NCBI GenBank assembly: GCA_964373175.1
Contig: CAYJTP010000004.1
Coordinates: 6,651-70,650 of the forward strand
Direction: 5' to 3'
DNA length: 64,000 nucleotides
DNA from: an uncultured Planctomycetales bacterium
GTDB taxonomy: Bacteria; Omnitrophota; Gorgyraeia; Aquiviventales; Aquiviventaceae
The notes under the pieces are model-generated. The model searched no databases. It worked only from the letters and a program-made list of their open reading frames with translations, and was not told where the DNA came from. Below, piece by piece: positions 54,173 to 64,000 of the stretch. Position numbers and translations under genes: made by a program. Each line of letters begins with the position of its first letter. The first letter of the stretch is position 1.

Positions 54173-57100
54173 TCACTTCCCATGACACTTCTTGTACTTG
54201 AGGCCACTCCCGCATGGACAGGGGTCATTTCTTCCGACCTTCGGACCGGCGCGATGGTAGGGTGTGCCTTGTGATTGGTCGTTCTTCGCCCCTACTGGTT
54301 CAAGCACGCGTCGTGGCTGCTCGGCTTCGCTGGATGGCGTGGGAGGCGTTTGCGGCGCAAACCGATCCGCTAATCGCGTCGAGAGCTCTTCATGAACGGC
54401 CTGCTGGGGCGTACGGGCAAACACGCTCACAGGTTGGGCCTCAGCTCGTGGTTGGATGCGCAGGAGCATCATGAGCGATTCGGCTTTGACCGAGGCGATC
54501 ATATCCTGGAACATCGCGTAGGCTTCATGCTGGTATTCGACGAGCGGGTCGCGCTGGCCATAGGCTCGAAGGCCGATGCCTTCCCGGAGCGCATCCATCA
54601 TGTAGAGGTGATCCTTCCACTTCGCATCGACGACGGCCAGCAGGACACTGCGCTCTAGGCTCCGCATCAGCTCAGGGCCGATGGCCTGCGCCTTGGCCTG
54701 ATAGGCCTGCTTCAGGCTCTCGCTGAGCTGCTCGAAGAGCGCGTCACGGACAGGCGACGTGAGGTCAATGGATTGGGTCACGACGAACTGCCGCACGAGG
54801 GTCGTACGCAGGCCCTCCAGATCCCAGGCGTCCGGACGCGACTCTTTGGGGGCGTAACTCGTCACCAACTCATCGGCCACTTCCTCAGCGATCTCCCCGA
54901 CCAAGGTGTCCAGCCCAACCCCATCGAGGATGCGGCGCCGCTGCTCATAGATGACTTCGCGCTGGCGATTCATGACGTTGTCGTACTCCAAGAGATGCTT
55001 GCGCGCATCGAAGTTCTGGGCCTCGACCCGTCGCTGGGCGGTCTCGATCGACTTGGTCACCCACGGATGCTCAATCGGTAATCCCTCCTCCCAGCGAAAC
55101 CACTTGAACTCCATGAGCTTCGCAATCCGATCCGAACCGAAGATGCGCATGAGGTCGTCTTCGAGCGAGAGGTAGAACCGCGAGGAACCGGGATCGCCCT
55201 GCCGGCCGGATCGCCCGCGCAGCTGGTTATCGATGCGGCGGGCTTCGTGGCGCTCGGTCCCGAGGACATGCAGGCCTCCGACGGCAACGACCTTCTCGTG
55301 CTCGTCATCGGCTTGGCGCCGATACTGTTCAAGCAGCGCGCCTCGGTCCTCGTCAGACGCCGCGGTCCCTTGCGCTTCTCGCTCGCGGATGGCGTCCTCG
55401 CAGAGAAATTGGGGATTGCCGCCCAGGAGGATGTCGGTGCCGCGACCCGCCATGTTCGTCGCGATCGTCACCGCCCCCAGCCGCCCGGCCTGCGCGACGA
55501 TGCGCGCTTCTTGCTCGTGGTACTTGGCGTTGAGCACGTTATGCGGGATTCCTGTTTTGACGGCGGTCATCGTCTGGACGAGTCGCAGGAGTTGTTCCAG
55601 ACGATAGACCATGAGGGACTTGGGGGCTTGCGACTTGAGCTGGTCCAAGAGGACTGTCGCCGCCTCCTCGGTGATGGTCCCGGGGCGGCTCGCGAGCTGC
55701 GAGAGCTGCTGCTTGAGCGGTCCAGGAAGCTGTTCGGATTTCAGTTCCTCGGTCACCCACTGGCAGATCGTACTCAGCCGTTTGAGGAACGGGCCTGGTT
55801 CTTTGAGCATCCGCGAGAGCCGCTCGGATTTCTCAATCGAAATGGTTCCCACCAGGACGGGCTGGCCCCTGCGATGGAGCTCAGCAATTTCTTCCACCAC
55901 GGCGAGGAACTTTTCCGCTTCGGTCTTGTAGACGATGTCGGGGTGGTTAGCGCGGATGAGCTGGCTGTTGGTCGGAATGGTGACGACGTCGAGGTGGTAG
56001 ATCTCGCGAAACTCCTGCGCTTCAGTGGCGGCCGTACCGGTCATGCCGGCCAATTTCTCATACATCCGGAAGTAGTTCTGGAAGGTCACCGAGGCGAGGG
56101 TCTGGTTTTCTTCGCGGATCCGGACGTTTTCTTTCGCTTCGATCGCTTGATGGAGCCCATCGCTCCAGCGGCGGCCCGGCATGAGCCGACCCGTGAACTC
56201 ATCGACAATGATGATCTCCCCGTCCTTGACCATGTAGTCCACATCGCGCTTGAACAGCTCGTGAGCGCGCAGGGCCTGGTTGATGTGATGCACCAGGCGC
56301 ATGTTCAGCTCGTCATAGAGGTTCTCCACCCCAAGGAGCTCTTCAGAGTGCTTGATCCCATCCTCGGTGAGGGTCACCGCATGTTGCTTCTCGTCGACCT
56401 CGTAGTGGGTGCCTTTGGTCAAGCGCTCAACCACCTTGTCCAACCGGTAGTACAGCTCGGTGGACTCCTCGGCGGGTCCGGAGATGATCAGGGGGGTGCG
56501 CGCTTCATCAACCAGGATGCTGTCGACCTCATCGACAATCGCAAAGTGAAACTCCCGTTGGACAAGATCCTCGCGGCGATGGCGCATGTTGTCGCGCAGG
56601 TAATCAAAACCGAACTCGTTGTTCTGCCCGTAGGTGATCTCCGCGGCGTAGGCGGCCCTTCGGCTGACCGGTCGCAGGTGGATGAAGCGCTCGGAGGCCT
56701 GGGTGAAGGTCGGATCGTAGAGGAAGGAGAGGGATTCCTCGCCGGCCAGACGCTCGGCGGGGTCCACGCCTTGGATGACCCCGACGGACAATCCCAGGGC
56801 ATGGTAGATCGGCCCCATCCAGCGCGTGTCGCGTCGTGCCAGATAGTCGTTGACCGTCACGATATGGACCCCGCGACCCGTCAAGGCATTGAGGTACGCT
56901 GCCAACGTGGCCACAAGGGTTTTCCCTTCCCCGGTGGCCATCTCGGCGATCTTGCCCTCATGGAGCGCCATGCCCCCAAGGAGCTGGACATCGAAGTGGC
57001 GCATGTTGACGGTCCGACGAGCCGCTTCACGCACTACGGCAAAGGCTTCAGGGAGGAGCTCGTTGAGCGCTCGATCCTGGATCTTGCGCCGCTCCTGCCT

Positions 57101-57349
57101 GCGTTTCAGTCGCTCATCATGGCCAAGCTCATACCACTCGGGGCTGCTCGGATCAATAAACTGGAAGGACTCAAGAGATTTGCGCAGGCGGGCTCGCAGC
57201 TCCTCGGTTTTGGCGCGTAACTGGTCGTCGGAGAGCTTCTGGACATCTGGCTCAAGGCGATTAATGCGCTCGACCACGGGTGCGAGCCGCTTGAGCTCCC
57301 GTGCGCTCTGCGTCCCGAGCAGCTTTTGGAGAATCCACGTGACCATCAT
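54173..57349 (-). CDS. secA: Preprotein translocase subunit SecA
   Basis: DEAD-like motor motifs (…[20 protein letters not shown]…), preprotein cross-linking domain, and C-terminal zinc-binding [14 protein letters not shown]. 1058 aa. Confidence 0.95.
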   Translation of the reverse strand: MMVTWILQKLLGTQSARELKRLAPVVERINRLEPDVQKLSDDQLRAKTEELRARLRKSLESFQFIDPSSPEWYELGHDERLKRRQERRKIQDRALNELLPEAFAVVREAARRTVNMRHFDVQLLGGMALHEGKIAEMATGEGKTLVATLAAYLNALTGRGVHIVTVNDYLARRDTRWMGPIYHALGLSVGVIQGVDPAERLAGEESLSFLYDPTFTQASERFIHLRPVSRRAAYAAEITYGQNNEFGFDYLRDNMRHRREDLVQREFHFAIVDEVDSILVDEARTPLIISGPAEESTELYYRLDKVVERLTKGTHYEVDEKQHAVTLTEDGIKHSEELLGVENLYDELNMRLVHHINQALRAHELFKRDVDYMVKDGEIIIVDEFTGRLMPGRRWSDGLHQAIEAKENVRIREENQTLASVTFQNYFRMYEKLAGMTGTAATEAQEFREIYHLDVVTIPTNSQLIRANHPDIVYKTEAEKFLAVVEEIAELHRRGQPVLVGTISIEKSERLSRMLKEPGPFLKRLSTICQWVTEELKSEQLPGPLKQQLSQLASRPGTITEEAATVLLDQLKSQAPKSLMVYRLEQLLRLVQTMTAVKTGIPHNVLNAKYHEQEARIVAQAGRLGAVTIATNMAGRGTDILLGGNPQFLCEDAIREREAQGTAASDEDRGALLEQYRRQADDEHEKVVAVGGLHVLGTERHEARRIDNQLRGRSGRQGDPGSSRFYLSLEDDLMRIFGSDRIAKLMEFKWFRWEEGLPIEHPWVTKSIETAQRRVEAQNFDARKHLLEYDNVMNRQREVIYEQRRRILDGVGLDTLVGEIAEEVADELVTSYAPKESRPDAWDLEGLRTTLVRQFVVTQSIDLTSPVRDALFEQLSESLKQAYQAKAQAIGPELMRSLERSVLLAVVDAKWKDHLYMMDALREGIGLRAYGQRDPLVEYQHEAYAMFQDMIASVKAESLMMLLRIQPRAEAQPVSVFARTPQQAVHEELSTRLADRFAPQTPPTPSSEAEQPRRVLEPVGAKNDQSQGTPYHRAGPKVGRNDPCPCGSGLKYKKCHGK

Positions 57350-57408
57350 CAGATGACAGACATCAGACCACAGACGTCAGACGACAGAAAACAGAGGACA
57401 GAACATGG
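57348..57408. repeat. Heptamer-repeat element, copy i
   Basis: catcagatgacagacatcagaccacagacgtcagacgacagaaaacagaggacagaac, between the prfB stop and the secA start. Confidence 0.75.
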
Positions 57409-57409
57409 C

Positions 57410-58544
57410 CTATTGCTGCTGTCTGATGTCTGGAGTCCGAGGTCTGTGTTGCTGGGTTTTCCATTTCAGGTACGCCTCGATCAACGGTTCCAATTTGCCA
57501 TCGAGCACGCCCTGGGCGTTGCCTGTTTCGTATTCGGTGCGGTGATCCTTCACCATGTTGTACGGGTGCAGGACGTAGGAGCGAATCTGCGAGCCCCATT
57601 CGATTTTTTGCTTGGCTTGATAGTCTTTTTCGAGTTGCTCTTCCCGCTTCCTGCGCTCCAGTTCATACAACCGGGACTTGAGCACCTGCATAGCCTTCGC
57701 TTTGTTTTGATGCTGCGAGCGTTCGTCCTGGCACTGGACCACCAACCCCGTGGGCAGGTGCGTGATCCGCACGGCCGAGTCGGTCATGTTGACGTGCTGA
57801 CCGCCCTTGCCGCTTGAGCGGTAGGTATCGATCCGCAGGTCGGATTCTTTCACGTCGATGACAATCTCTTCATCCACTTCCGGAATGACATCGACCGACG
57901 CGAATGAGGTATGGCGACGCTTGTTGGCATCGAAGGGTGAGATGCGCACCAACCGGTGGACGCCTTCCTCGGCCTTGAGGTATCCATAGGCGTACGGGCC
58001 TTTAACGATCATCGTGGCATTCTTGACCCCCGCCTCTTCACCCGGCAGTAAATCAATGAGCTCGGTGCCATAGTGCTGTTCTTCAGCCCAGCGACGGTAC
58101 ATCCGCAACAACATCTGGGCCCAATCACAGGATTCTGTCCCGCCGGCACCCGCGTGGATCGAGAGGATGGCATCCCGGGGATCCTGCTCGCCTCCCAAGA
58201 GCCGCTGGAGCTCCAGTTGCTCCAGTTGATGTTCGAGGTGTGTGAGGTCCTTGGCGAGTTGCTCAAGCGAGCTCGAGTCGTGGGGATCCACTAAGGTGAG
58301 GAGCTCCTCGACATCGTGCAGGCCGCGTTGGAAGGCGACAATCGGGGCGTGTCTGGCCTTGAGGGCTTTCAGGGCCTGGATCTGTTGCTGGGCGCCGGGC
58401 TGATCGGTCCAGAACTGGCTCTCCGCCATCGCCCGTTCGATCTGGGTGATCCGGCGGTCGAGGTCATTGAGGTCAAAGATACCTCCGGACGTTCTCCCAT
58501 CGAGCCCGGAGATCGCTGACACGACTTCGGAGTTCTTCCAGCAT
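57410..58544 (-). CDS. prfB: Peptide chain release factor 2 with programmed +1 ribosomal frameshift. ORF1 is ATG at ~58544 through CUU at ~58476-58478, then a +1 shift at UGA ~58473-58475, continuing to 57410.
   Basis: Minus-strand ATGCTGGAAGAACTCCGAAGTCGTGTCAGCGATCTCCGGGCTCGATGGGAGAACGTCCGGAGGTATCTTTGACCTC = MLEELRSRVSDLRARWENVRRYL* . An SD-like GGAGG sits 3 nt before CUU-UGA-C. The +1 frame continues DLNDLDRRITQIERAM… SPF tripeptide and GGQ (SSGKGGQHVN) are present. Confidence 0.9.
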
Positions 58545-58617
58545 CAGGATGAATCCTCGCAAGTGTTGAGGTAGTGTAACACGGACGATCACGGATGACA
58601 ACGGGAACTGGCGAGGG

Positions 58618-60171
58618 TCACGAGTCGGTGGGAGACAGGCGGGTTTCTTTCTCAGCGAGAATCTTCAGGAGGGCGTCAACGACCTGCGGATCACACAGCG
58701 CCCCAGATTGCTTGCGCAGTTCGGCTTTCGCCTCGTCAACGCTCAGGCGCTTGCGATAGGGTCGGTCGGTAATCATGGAGTCATAGATATCTGCGACTGT
58801 CAAGATTCGTGCCCCAAGCGGGATGTCTTCTCCTTTCAGGCCAGACGGATAGCCAGAGCCATCATAATGCTCATGGTGATGGCGCACGAGCTCTGCGACT
58901 TTCGCGAGGGAGCGCACCGGTTTGAGGATCGCTTCCCCGATGATCGAGTGCTGCTGCATGATGCGCAGCTCCTCCGGGGTGAGCGGCCCCGCTTTGAGCA
59001 GGATGGCATCCCGGGTCCCGATCTTCCCCACATCATGGAGGAGACCCGCGTCATTCAACACTGTCTTGGTCTCCTCATCCGCCCCCAGGGCTTCTGCAAT
59101 TTTCACGGCGTAGAAGGCCACGCGTTTGGAATGCCCGGCACTGTACGAGTCCTTCGCTTCCACGGCGAGGGCCAGCGCCATGATCGTCTCGATGTACGTC
59201 CGCTCGACATCCAAGTTCAAGCGGTAGTTTTCGATGGCGACGGCAATCTGGGACCCGATGTTTGCCAGCAATGACTCGTCATCCTCGGTGAAGGGTTTGG
59301 GCGGGTCTTCCCGCAGCACTGACAGCACACCAATGGTCTTGTCGCGGACGATGAGCGGCACGCACAGCACGACGCCCTCCTTCGCCTGCCCATTGGACAA
59401 TCCGATGGAGGCCGGGGAACCGGTCCCGCGGATGGCGCGGTTCTCTTTGGCGACCCAGCCGGCGATCCCTTCGCCGATTTTCATCCGCGTGGCGCTTACC
59501 CGCCGGCTCTCGGCGGACCAGACGGTTTTTGCCTCCAGCTCTTGTTTTTCCCCGTTAACGAGCATCAGGCTTCCCATCGAAGCCCCCAGCCCGACGGAGG
59601 CGTTTTCGACAATGAGCTCCAGGAGGTTGTCAATCCCTTCATAGGACACGATCGCCGTCCCAATGCGGGAGAGGAGTCGCTTAATGAGCGTGCGCGAGGA
59701 TTCGAGCTCTTCGATCTTGTGTTCCAGTTCCCGGGTGATCCGGTTAAAGGTCCTCGTCAGCTCCCCAATCTCATTCCCGTTCGAGCTCTCAAGCGATTCA
59801 CCGATCTGCTCTTGGGCCACGGTGCGGGCATGGTGGACCACCTCAATGACCGCGGCGATGGTGCGCTTGAGCACAAAATAGCCAATGAACATGGAGAAGA
59901 TGATGGCCGCCAGCAACGCACGTAACATGTCTTCCACCGAGCCGCGCACGTGGGGATAGACGAACGCACTGAACGCCCACACGATCAATAAGAGGGGGAT
60001 GAACGACATGAATCCAAAGGCGAGCGTCACCTTCCGAGCCAGCCGCTCATCTTTGAGCGGCACGACCCGGATCGTGGAGCGGGGTCGAGGACTCCGAGCC
60101 TCGCGCTCACGGTCTTGAGCGTTCGGCCGCTTCGTGGTAGAAGACGTGGTAGAAGACATGGGATGACTCAT
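58618..60171 (-). CDS. Membrane-anchored HAMP-GAF-HD-GYP signalling protein (putative c-di-GMP phosphodiesterase)
   Basis: TM helix (VTLAFGFMSFIPLLLIVWAFSAFV), HAMP-like linker, GAF region, and HD-GYP catalytic motifs (…GHSKRVAFYA…, …LLHDVGKIG…, HHEHYDGSGYP). The listed ORF start at 60672 runs through REP copies. The Met at ~60171 is preferred. Confidence 0.8.
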   Translation of the reverse strand: MSHPMSSTTSSTTKRPNAQDREREARSPRPRSTIRVVPLKDERLARKVTLAFGFMSFIPLLLIVWAFSAFVYPHVRGSVEDMLRALLAAIIFSMFIGYFVLKRTIAAVIEVVHHARTVAQEQIGESLESSNGNEIGELTRTFNRITRELEHKIEELESSRTLIKRLLSRIGTAIVSYEGIDNLLELIVENASVGLGASMGSLMLVNGEKQELEAKTVWSAESRRVSATRMKIGEGIAGWVAKENRAIRGTGSPASIGLSNGQAKEGVVLCVPLIVRDKTIGVLSVLREDPPKPFTEDDESLLANIGSQIAVAIENYRLNLDVERTYIETIMALALAVEAKDSYSAGHSKRVAFYAVKIAEALGADEETKTVLNDAGLLHDVGKIGTRDAILLKAGPLTPEELRIMQQHSIIGEAILKPVRSLAKVAELVRHHHEHYDGSGYPSGLKGEDIPLGARILTVADIYDSMITDRPYRKRLSVDEAKAELRKQSGALCDPQVVDALLKILAEKETRLSPTDS

Positions 60172-60199
60172 CGGATTGGGATCTTCACACTGGCTTTGT

Positions 60200-60300
60200 G
60201 GAGCCCCACCCCGCCACGGCGGGGTGGCACCTGAAAACCCACGCCCCGCCCACGCGAACGACTTGTCCCCCACCCCGCCAATTGGCGGGGTGGCCCCCGG
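60200..60300. repeat. Two REP copies of the CCACCCCGCCA-(n3-5)-TGGCGGGGTGG family. A further copy lies nested inside the element at 28630.
   Basis: ccaccccgccacggcggggtggcac … ccaccccgccaattggcggggtggcccccggcggggtgg. Confidence 0.75.
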
Positions 60301-60314
60301 CGGGGTGGATACTC

Positions 60315-60662
60315 TTACCAAAGTATACCTGAGAATGGGGAACGCCGACCAGGTGATGGACGTCGCGCGCGGACTTCCGTTGGGACCCGTCGGGCTTCCT
60401 GTCTGAGCAAGCGTCGTTTCTTCGCCACCCCCCACGCGTAGCCGCCCAGGGAGCCGTCGGTGCGGATCACGCGATGGCACGGCACACGGCGCGGCCACGG
60501 ATTGCGCTTTAGCGCTTGCCCCACCGCGCGCGCCAACCGCGGATTGCCGAGTCGGCTCGCTACCCATCGGTAGGACCGCACTTCGCCACGCGGGATCCGC
60601 CTTACGATCGTATAGACTCGACGCTGAAACGGCGTCAAGACGTGGCGTTTGCGTGCGTTCAT
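60315..60662 (-). CDS. MGMT-family protein, O6-alkylguanine-DNA alkyltransferase DNA-binding/catalytic domain only (~100 aa core)
   Basis: …LTPFQRRVYTIVRRIPRGEVRSYRWVASRLGNPRLARAVGQALKRNPWPRRVPCHRVIRTDGSLGGY… carries the PCHRV active-site motif with the Cys retained. The C-terminal tail runs into the REP copies. Confidence 0.7.
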   Translation of the reverse strand: MNARKRHVLTPFQRRVYTIVRRIPRGEVRSYRWVASRLGNPRLARAVGQALKRNPWPRRVPCHRVIRTDGSLGGYAWGVAKKRRLLRQEARRVPTEVRARRPSPGRRSPFSGILW

Positions 60663-60796
60663 CTAGAGTCAATCACCAAATTCCAAATCCCAAATTCCAA
60701 ATAAGCACCAATAACCAAGCACCAATCACCAAACCAAAGGCTCATGCCCTCTTGAGCAGGTTGATGATTGGAATTTGGTCATTGGAACTTGTTTGG

Positions 60797-62338
60797 TTAT
60801 TGTCCGCCGGAGGCGGATCCGCCCCTCGCCTTGAACGAGAGGGCGGAGGATTTGGTGATTGGTGATTGCGACAGTTGTTGGACAAGTGCTCTGGCGTTGG
60901 GTTCAGAAATACGTGCCACCCTGGCAATCTCCGAAAGGCTCGCGTGCTTGAGGCGATCAACCGACCCGAAGTGGGCAAGGAGCGCACGGGCTCGCCGGGG
61001 GCCGATGCCGGAAATCTCCTCAAGCGCAGAGCAGCTCATGGGCTTCCCCCGCAATCGCCGATGGTAGGCAATAGCAAACCGGTGCGCTTCGTCGCGGATG
61101 CGCTGGATCAAGTGCAAGACGGGTGAGGTGGGCAGCAAGACAATCGGATGTGGCTGATCCGGCAGAAAAATTTCCTCGTGCTGTTTGGCCAATCCCAAAA
61201 TCGGCAGGGCCGGATGGAGCGACGCGAGCTCCTCGCGCGCGGCATTCAACTGCCCCCGCCCGCCATCGACGAGGATGAGATCCGGCTGTGGCAGCTCGGT
61301 GGCAAGCGAACCGCTGTAGCGGCGCCGAATCACCTCGCCCATCATGGCGCAGTCATCTCCGCCCCAGCGTTCAGCGCGCGGGGCGGATCCGCCCCCTGAC
61401 TTGGACGGGCGGGCGGAGATGCCTGCCACTGTTTCGATCTTGAAGCGGCGGTAGTGGCGTTTGAACGGCTTGCCTTCCACAAAGGTCACCAGGGATCCGA
61501 CCGCAAAGGTCCCGGAGATGTTGGAGATATCAAACGCCTCGATCCGACGGGGGAGCACGGGAAGCTTCAACGCCACCTGGAGCTGTTCCAGGGGACCGGC
61601 GTGGGCGGATTTCTCCTTCGCGACGATCACCGAGGTCAATGCCTGGATCTGATCGCGCAGCCTGGCGGCTTCTTCGAATCGTTGCGCCCGCGAGGCCTGG
61701 GCCATGCGCTTCGAGAGCTCCCGCAGCAGATCATCCCGCTTGCCTTCCAGGAAGGCGAGGAGATCGTCGACGATCCGCTGGTAGGCAGCCTCATCAAGAT
61801 ATCCCACACAGGGCGCCAGGCACTGCCCCAGGTGGTATTCCAGACACGGCGTCTTGGGGAAGGTGCGGCACGTCCGAAGCGGAAAGACCCGCCGCATGAA
61901 CTGCAGGGCGTGGCGCAGCAGCCCGGCATCCACATACGGGCCAAAATAGCGCGCGCCATCCGGTCTGCGAGAGCGCGTCACGATCAGCCGCGGAAACGGT
62001 TCGTTGGTGAGTTTCAAGAGAGGAAAACTTTTATCATCCCGGTAGGCCACGTTGTATTTCGGCTGGTGCGCCTTGATGAGTTGAGACTCCAGGAGCAAGG
62101 CCTCGGCTTCCGACGCGGTGGCCCGCACCTCCAGATCGCTGATCCATTGGACGAGGCGGGTGATGCGCGGGGAAAGATCGCGTGAGGCGTGGAAATAGGA
62201 ACTGACGCGCTTGCGAAGACTCAGGGCTTTGCCGACGTACAGGACCTCCCCCTGCGCGTTTTTGAAGAGGTAGACGCCCGGCTGATCAGGTAACGTGGTT
62301 AGGCGCCTGCCTGCCGCGCCTCTGAGGGGTATAGTCAT
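60797..62338 (-). CDS. uvrC: Excinuclease ABC subunit C. The preferred start is ATG at 62336-62338, overlapping the murJ stop as ATGA.
   Basis: GIY-YIG (PDQPGVYLFKNAQGEVLYVGKALSLRKRVSSYF), UvrB-interacting UVR motif (FEEAARLRDQIQAL), RNase-H-like endonuclease domain, (HhH)2 (ISGIGPRRARALLAHFGS). The last ~20 listed residues are encoded by a REP copy. Confidence 0.9.
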   Translation of the reverse strand: MTIPLRGAAGRRLTTLPDQPGVYLFKNAQGEVLYVGKALSLRKRVSSYFHASRDLSPRITRLVQWISDLEVRATASEAEALLLESQLIKAHQPKYNVAYRDDKSFPLLKLTNEPFPRLIVTRSRRPDGARYFGPYVDAGLLRHALQFMRRVFPLRTCRTFPKTPCLEYHLGQCLAPCVGYLDEAAYQRIVDDLLAFLEGKRDDLLRELSKRMAQASRAQRFEEAARLRDQIQALTSVIVAKEKSAHAGPLEQLQVALKLPVLPRRIEAFDISNISGTFAVGSLVTFVEGKPFKRHYRRFKIETVAGISARPSKSGGGSAPRAERWGGDDCAMMGEVIRRRYSGSLATELPQPDLILVDGGRGQLNAAREELASLHPALPILGLAKQHEEIFLPDQPHPIVLLPTSPVLHLIQRIRDEAHRFAIAYHRRLRGKPMSCSALEEISGIGPRRARALLAHFGSVDRLKHASLSEIARVARISEPNARALVQQLSQSPITKSSALSFKARGGSASGGQ

Positions 62339-63924
62339 GGGCGCGGCGCAGGCTGGCTGGAGGAGGGTGGTGTGGTGAACGCGCGTGTGAGCCATCGCAG
62401 GGCTGCGGTCATTTCGGGAACTCGGGCAAGAGCGCAGCTCACTCCGTAGACGATCATACCACCGACGATCACCAGGGGCAATCCTGCCAGCGGCGCAAGT
62501 CGCTGCCCAATCCCGATCCACGCCCACCAACAGCCGACGCCCATGATGAGCGCGGCAGCCCCCATGCGCAGGATGGGCCCGATGAGACCGGGGACCAATG
62601 GGACGTTGAGCCGCCGTTCAAGCGTGCGAAGGAGTCGCCAGGCGTTGAGGCTGCTGGAGAGGGCGGTTGCGAGCGCCAAGCCAGCCACATGAAGCGGCCA
62701 CATGAGACACACGGCGAGGGCGAGATTCACGATGAGCGCTTCCAACGCGAGCCGGACTGGGGTGCGCGTGTCATGGAGCGCGTAGAACGCGCCGGCAAGG
62801 ACTTTGCTCGCCGAATACGCCAGCAGCCCGATGGCCAGGAAGCTCAAGGTCTGGGCGGTCATCTGGGTTGCGTGACGGTCAAACGCCCCACGCTCAAAAC
62901 ACACCTGCACGATCGGACCCGCCAAGACGCTCAATCCCACCGCAGCCGGCAGGCTCTCAAAGATCACCACCCGCAACACCCCCAACAGCGTCTGACGAAA
63001 CATCCCTAAATCCTTCACGGCGGCCCGCTCGGAGAGCATTGGCAAACTGGCTTGGGCCGAGGCCGTCGCAAACAACGCGAGCGGCAGTTGCACCAGGCGA
63101 TTCGCGAAATAGAGGGCTGCGACCGCTCCTTCGCCGGCAATGGAACCCAGCGAGGCGAGGATGGTGCTGAACAACACGCCCGCTTGATAGACGGCGGTTC
63201 CGAGAAGCCGAGGCACCAACAGCCGCATCACCTGTTTTGAGCCGGGGTGACGCCACACCAGACGCCAGCGAAACCCGAGGGCATAGGATACCGGAACCTG
63301 CATCACGAGTTGCATGACCCCGCCCACCATCACCGCCACGACAAGCCCGAGCACCGGCGGGTGCACATGGGGAACCAGCCACACGCACCCCGCGATCATC
63401 GACGCATTGAAGACGGCAGGACCCAAGGCGGGCATGGCAAAGTGGCCGAGGGTATTCAGCAACCCGCACAAGAATGCCCAGATCCCCACGAGCGCGATGA
63501 ACGGAAAGAGGAGGCGGGTCAGCCACACCGTCAGCGCAAACTTCTCAGGATCGCTCCCAAACCCCGGGGCGATGAGATGGACCAGCCAAGGCGCCAGACA
63601 GACCCCAAGGCCGCCCAACACGCTGACGCCGACCATAATCCTCAGACCCAAGGCTTGCGCAAGCCGCCAGAATTCCTGCGGACTGCTGGTCGCTTTGGTC
63701 GCGCTCAGGACAGGGACCACCGCGGTGGTCATCGCGCCTTCCGCCACGAGATCCCTGAAGAGATTCGGCAAACGAAACGCGACCACGAAGGCCTGGGCTT
63801 GGGGGCCGGTCCCAAAGAGCCTGGCGATGAAGAGATCGCGCGCAAACCCCAGGAGGCGGCTGGCGGCTGTGGCCAGCGAGATGGTTCCCGCCGAGGCCGC
63901 CAGGCGAGCGTGGGAGTCAGCCAT
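62335..63924 (-). CDS. murJ: Lipid II flippase MurJ (MviN)
   Basis: MADSHARLAASAGTISLATAASRLLGFARDLFIARLFG… 14-TM MOP-superfamily architecture. Confidence 0.9.
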   Translation of the reverse strand: MADSHARLAASAGTISLATAASRLLGFARDLFIARLFGTGPQAQAFVVAFRLPNLFRDLVAEGAMTTAVVPVLSATKATSSPQEFWRLAQALGLRIMVGVSVLGGLGVCLAPWLVHLIAPGFGSDPEKFALTVWLTRLLFPFIALVGIWAFLCGLLNTLGHFAMPALGPAVFNASMIAGCVWLVPHVHPPVLGLVVAVMVGGVMQLVMQVPVSYALGFRWRLVWRHPGSKQVMRLLVPRLLGTAVYQAGVLFSTILASLGSIAGEGAVAALYFANRLVQLPLALFATASAQASLPMLSERAAVKDLGMFRQTLLGVLRVVIFESLPAAVGLSVLAGPIVQVCFERGAFDRHATQMTAQTLSFLAIGLLAYSASKVLAGAFYALHDTRTPVRLALEALIVNLALAVCLMWPLHVAGLALATALSSSLNAWRLLRTLERRLNVPLVPGLIGPILRMGAAALIMGVGCWWAWIGIGQRLAPLAGLPLVIVGGMIVYGVSCALARVPEMTAALRWLTRAFTTPPSSSQPAPRP

Positions 63925-64000
63925 GCGTCACGTGGGCGAGGGGGGCGAGGGGGGTGTCAATGATACGTGAAGTTGTCAGTTGTTCAAAGCAAGTGAACTG

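Overview
This is a 64 kb window of high-GC (~62%) bacterial chromosome from an LPS-producing (didermic) organism. Every confidently called gene, about 60 of them, lies on the minus strand. No tRNA, rRNA or CRISPR was found.

Gene content, low to high coordinate:
- Lipid A / LPS core block: a GT4 glycosyltransferase (partial), a GT4–GT9 heptosyltransferase fusion, an LpxL–ELM1 fusion, lpxK and waaA.
- xerC, topA, a ThiS-like ORF, dprA, and an orphan retropepsin-like protease.
- Shikimate/aromatic genes aroK, aroC and aroE, with pilD between them.
- leuA, ilvC, ilvN, ilvB.
- tsaB, tsaE, thiL.
- A CPBP protease, then metG, holB, tmk, cysS, cysE.
- ispF, ispD, a YacL-like PIN/TRAM protein, radA, mlaDFE.
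- clpC, mcsB, mcsA; ilvE; lolDC; lysS; lnt.
- secA, prfB (with the classic programmed +1 frameshift), an HD-GYP/GAF/HAMP signalling protein, an MGMT-domain protein, uvrC and murJ.

The run mcsA–mcsB–clpC…radA–yacL–ispD–ispF–cysE–cysS reproduces Firmicutes-type gene order, with mlaEFD inserted and no ctsR.

The most unusual content is repeat biology:
1. Several families of GC-rich palindromic miniature elements occur. Five copies sit in frame inside conserved enzymes (leuA, ilvE, ispD, lysS, lnt), adding 12–26 residues, a situation reminiscent of Rickettsia palindromic elements. One of these families has GTCATCCC(C/A)CCAC…GGGATCAT terminal inverted repeats. Its other copies abut the start codons of thiL and cysS, and variant and partial copies lie about 15 nt and about 130 nt upstream of the ilvB start.
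2. A degenerate GACAGAR heptamer-repeat element occupies at least nine co-directional gene junctions. At ilvC, mlaD, ispD and the ThiS-like gene it is translated into K/R/Q/T-rich C-terminal tails.
3. Symmetric phased short-repeat arrays occur in the intergenic spacers of the LPS cluster (CGCTGAT, GTCGAAAGT).

Mobile and foreign content:
- Two type II toxin-antitoxin cassettes (MntA/HepT and RelB/RelE-like) are each bracketed by decayed direct duplications of the adjacent housekeeping gene end (aroC 3' end, lnt 5' end).
- Three low-GC insertions are present: a 425-aa secreted protein, a four-helix-bundle 23S-IVS-family gene flanked by inverted repeats, and a small membrane protein.

All calls rest on reading the sequence and on recalled family motifs. 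No database search was run.
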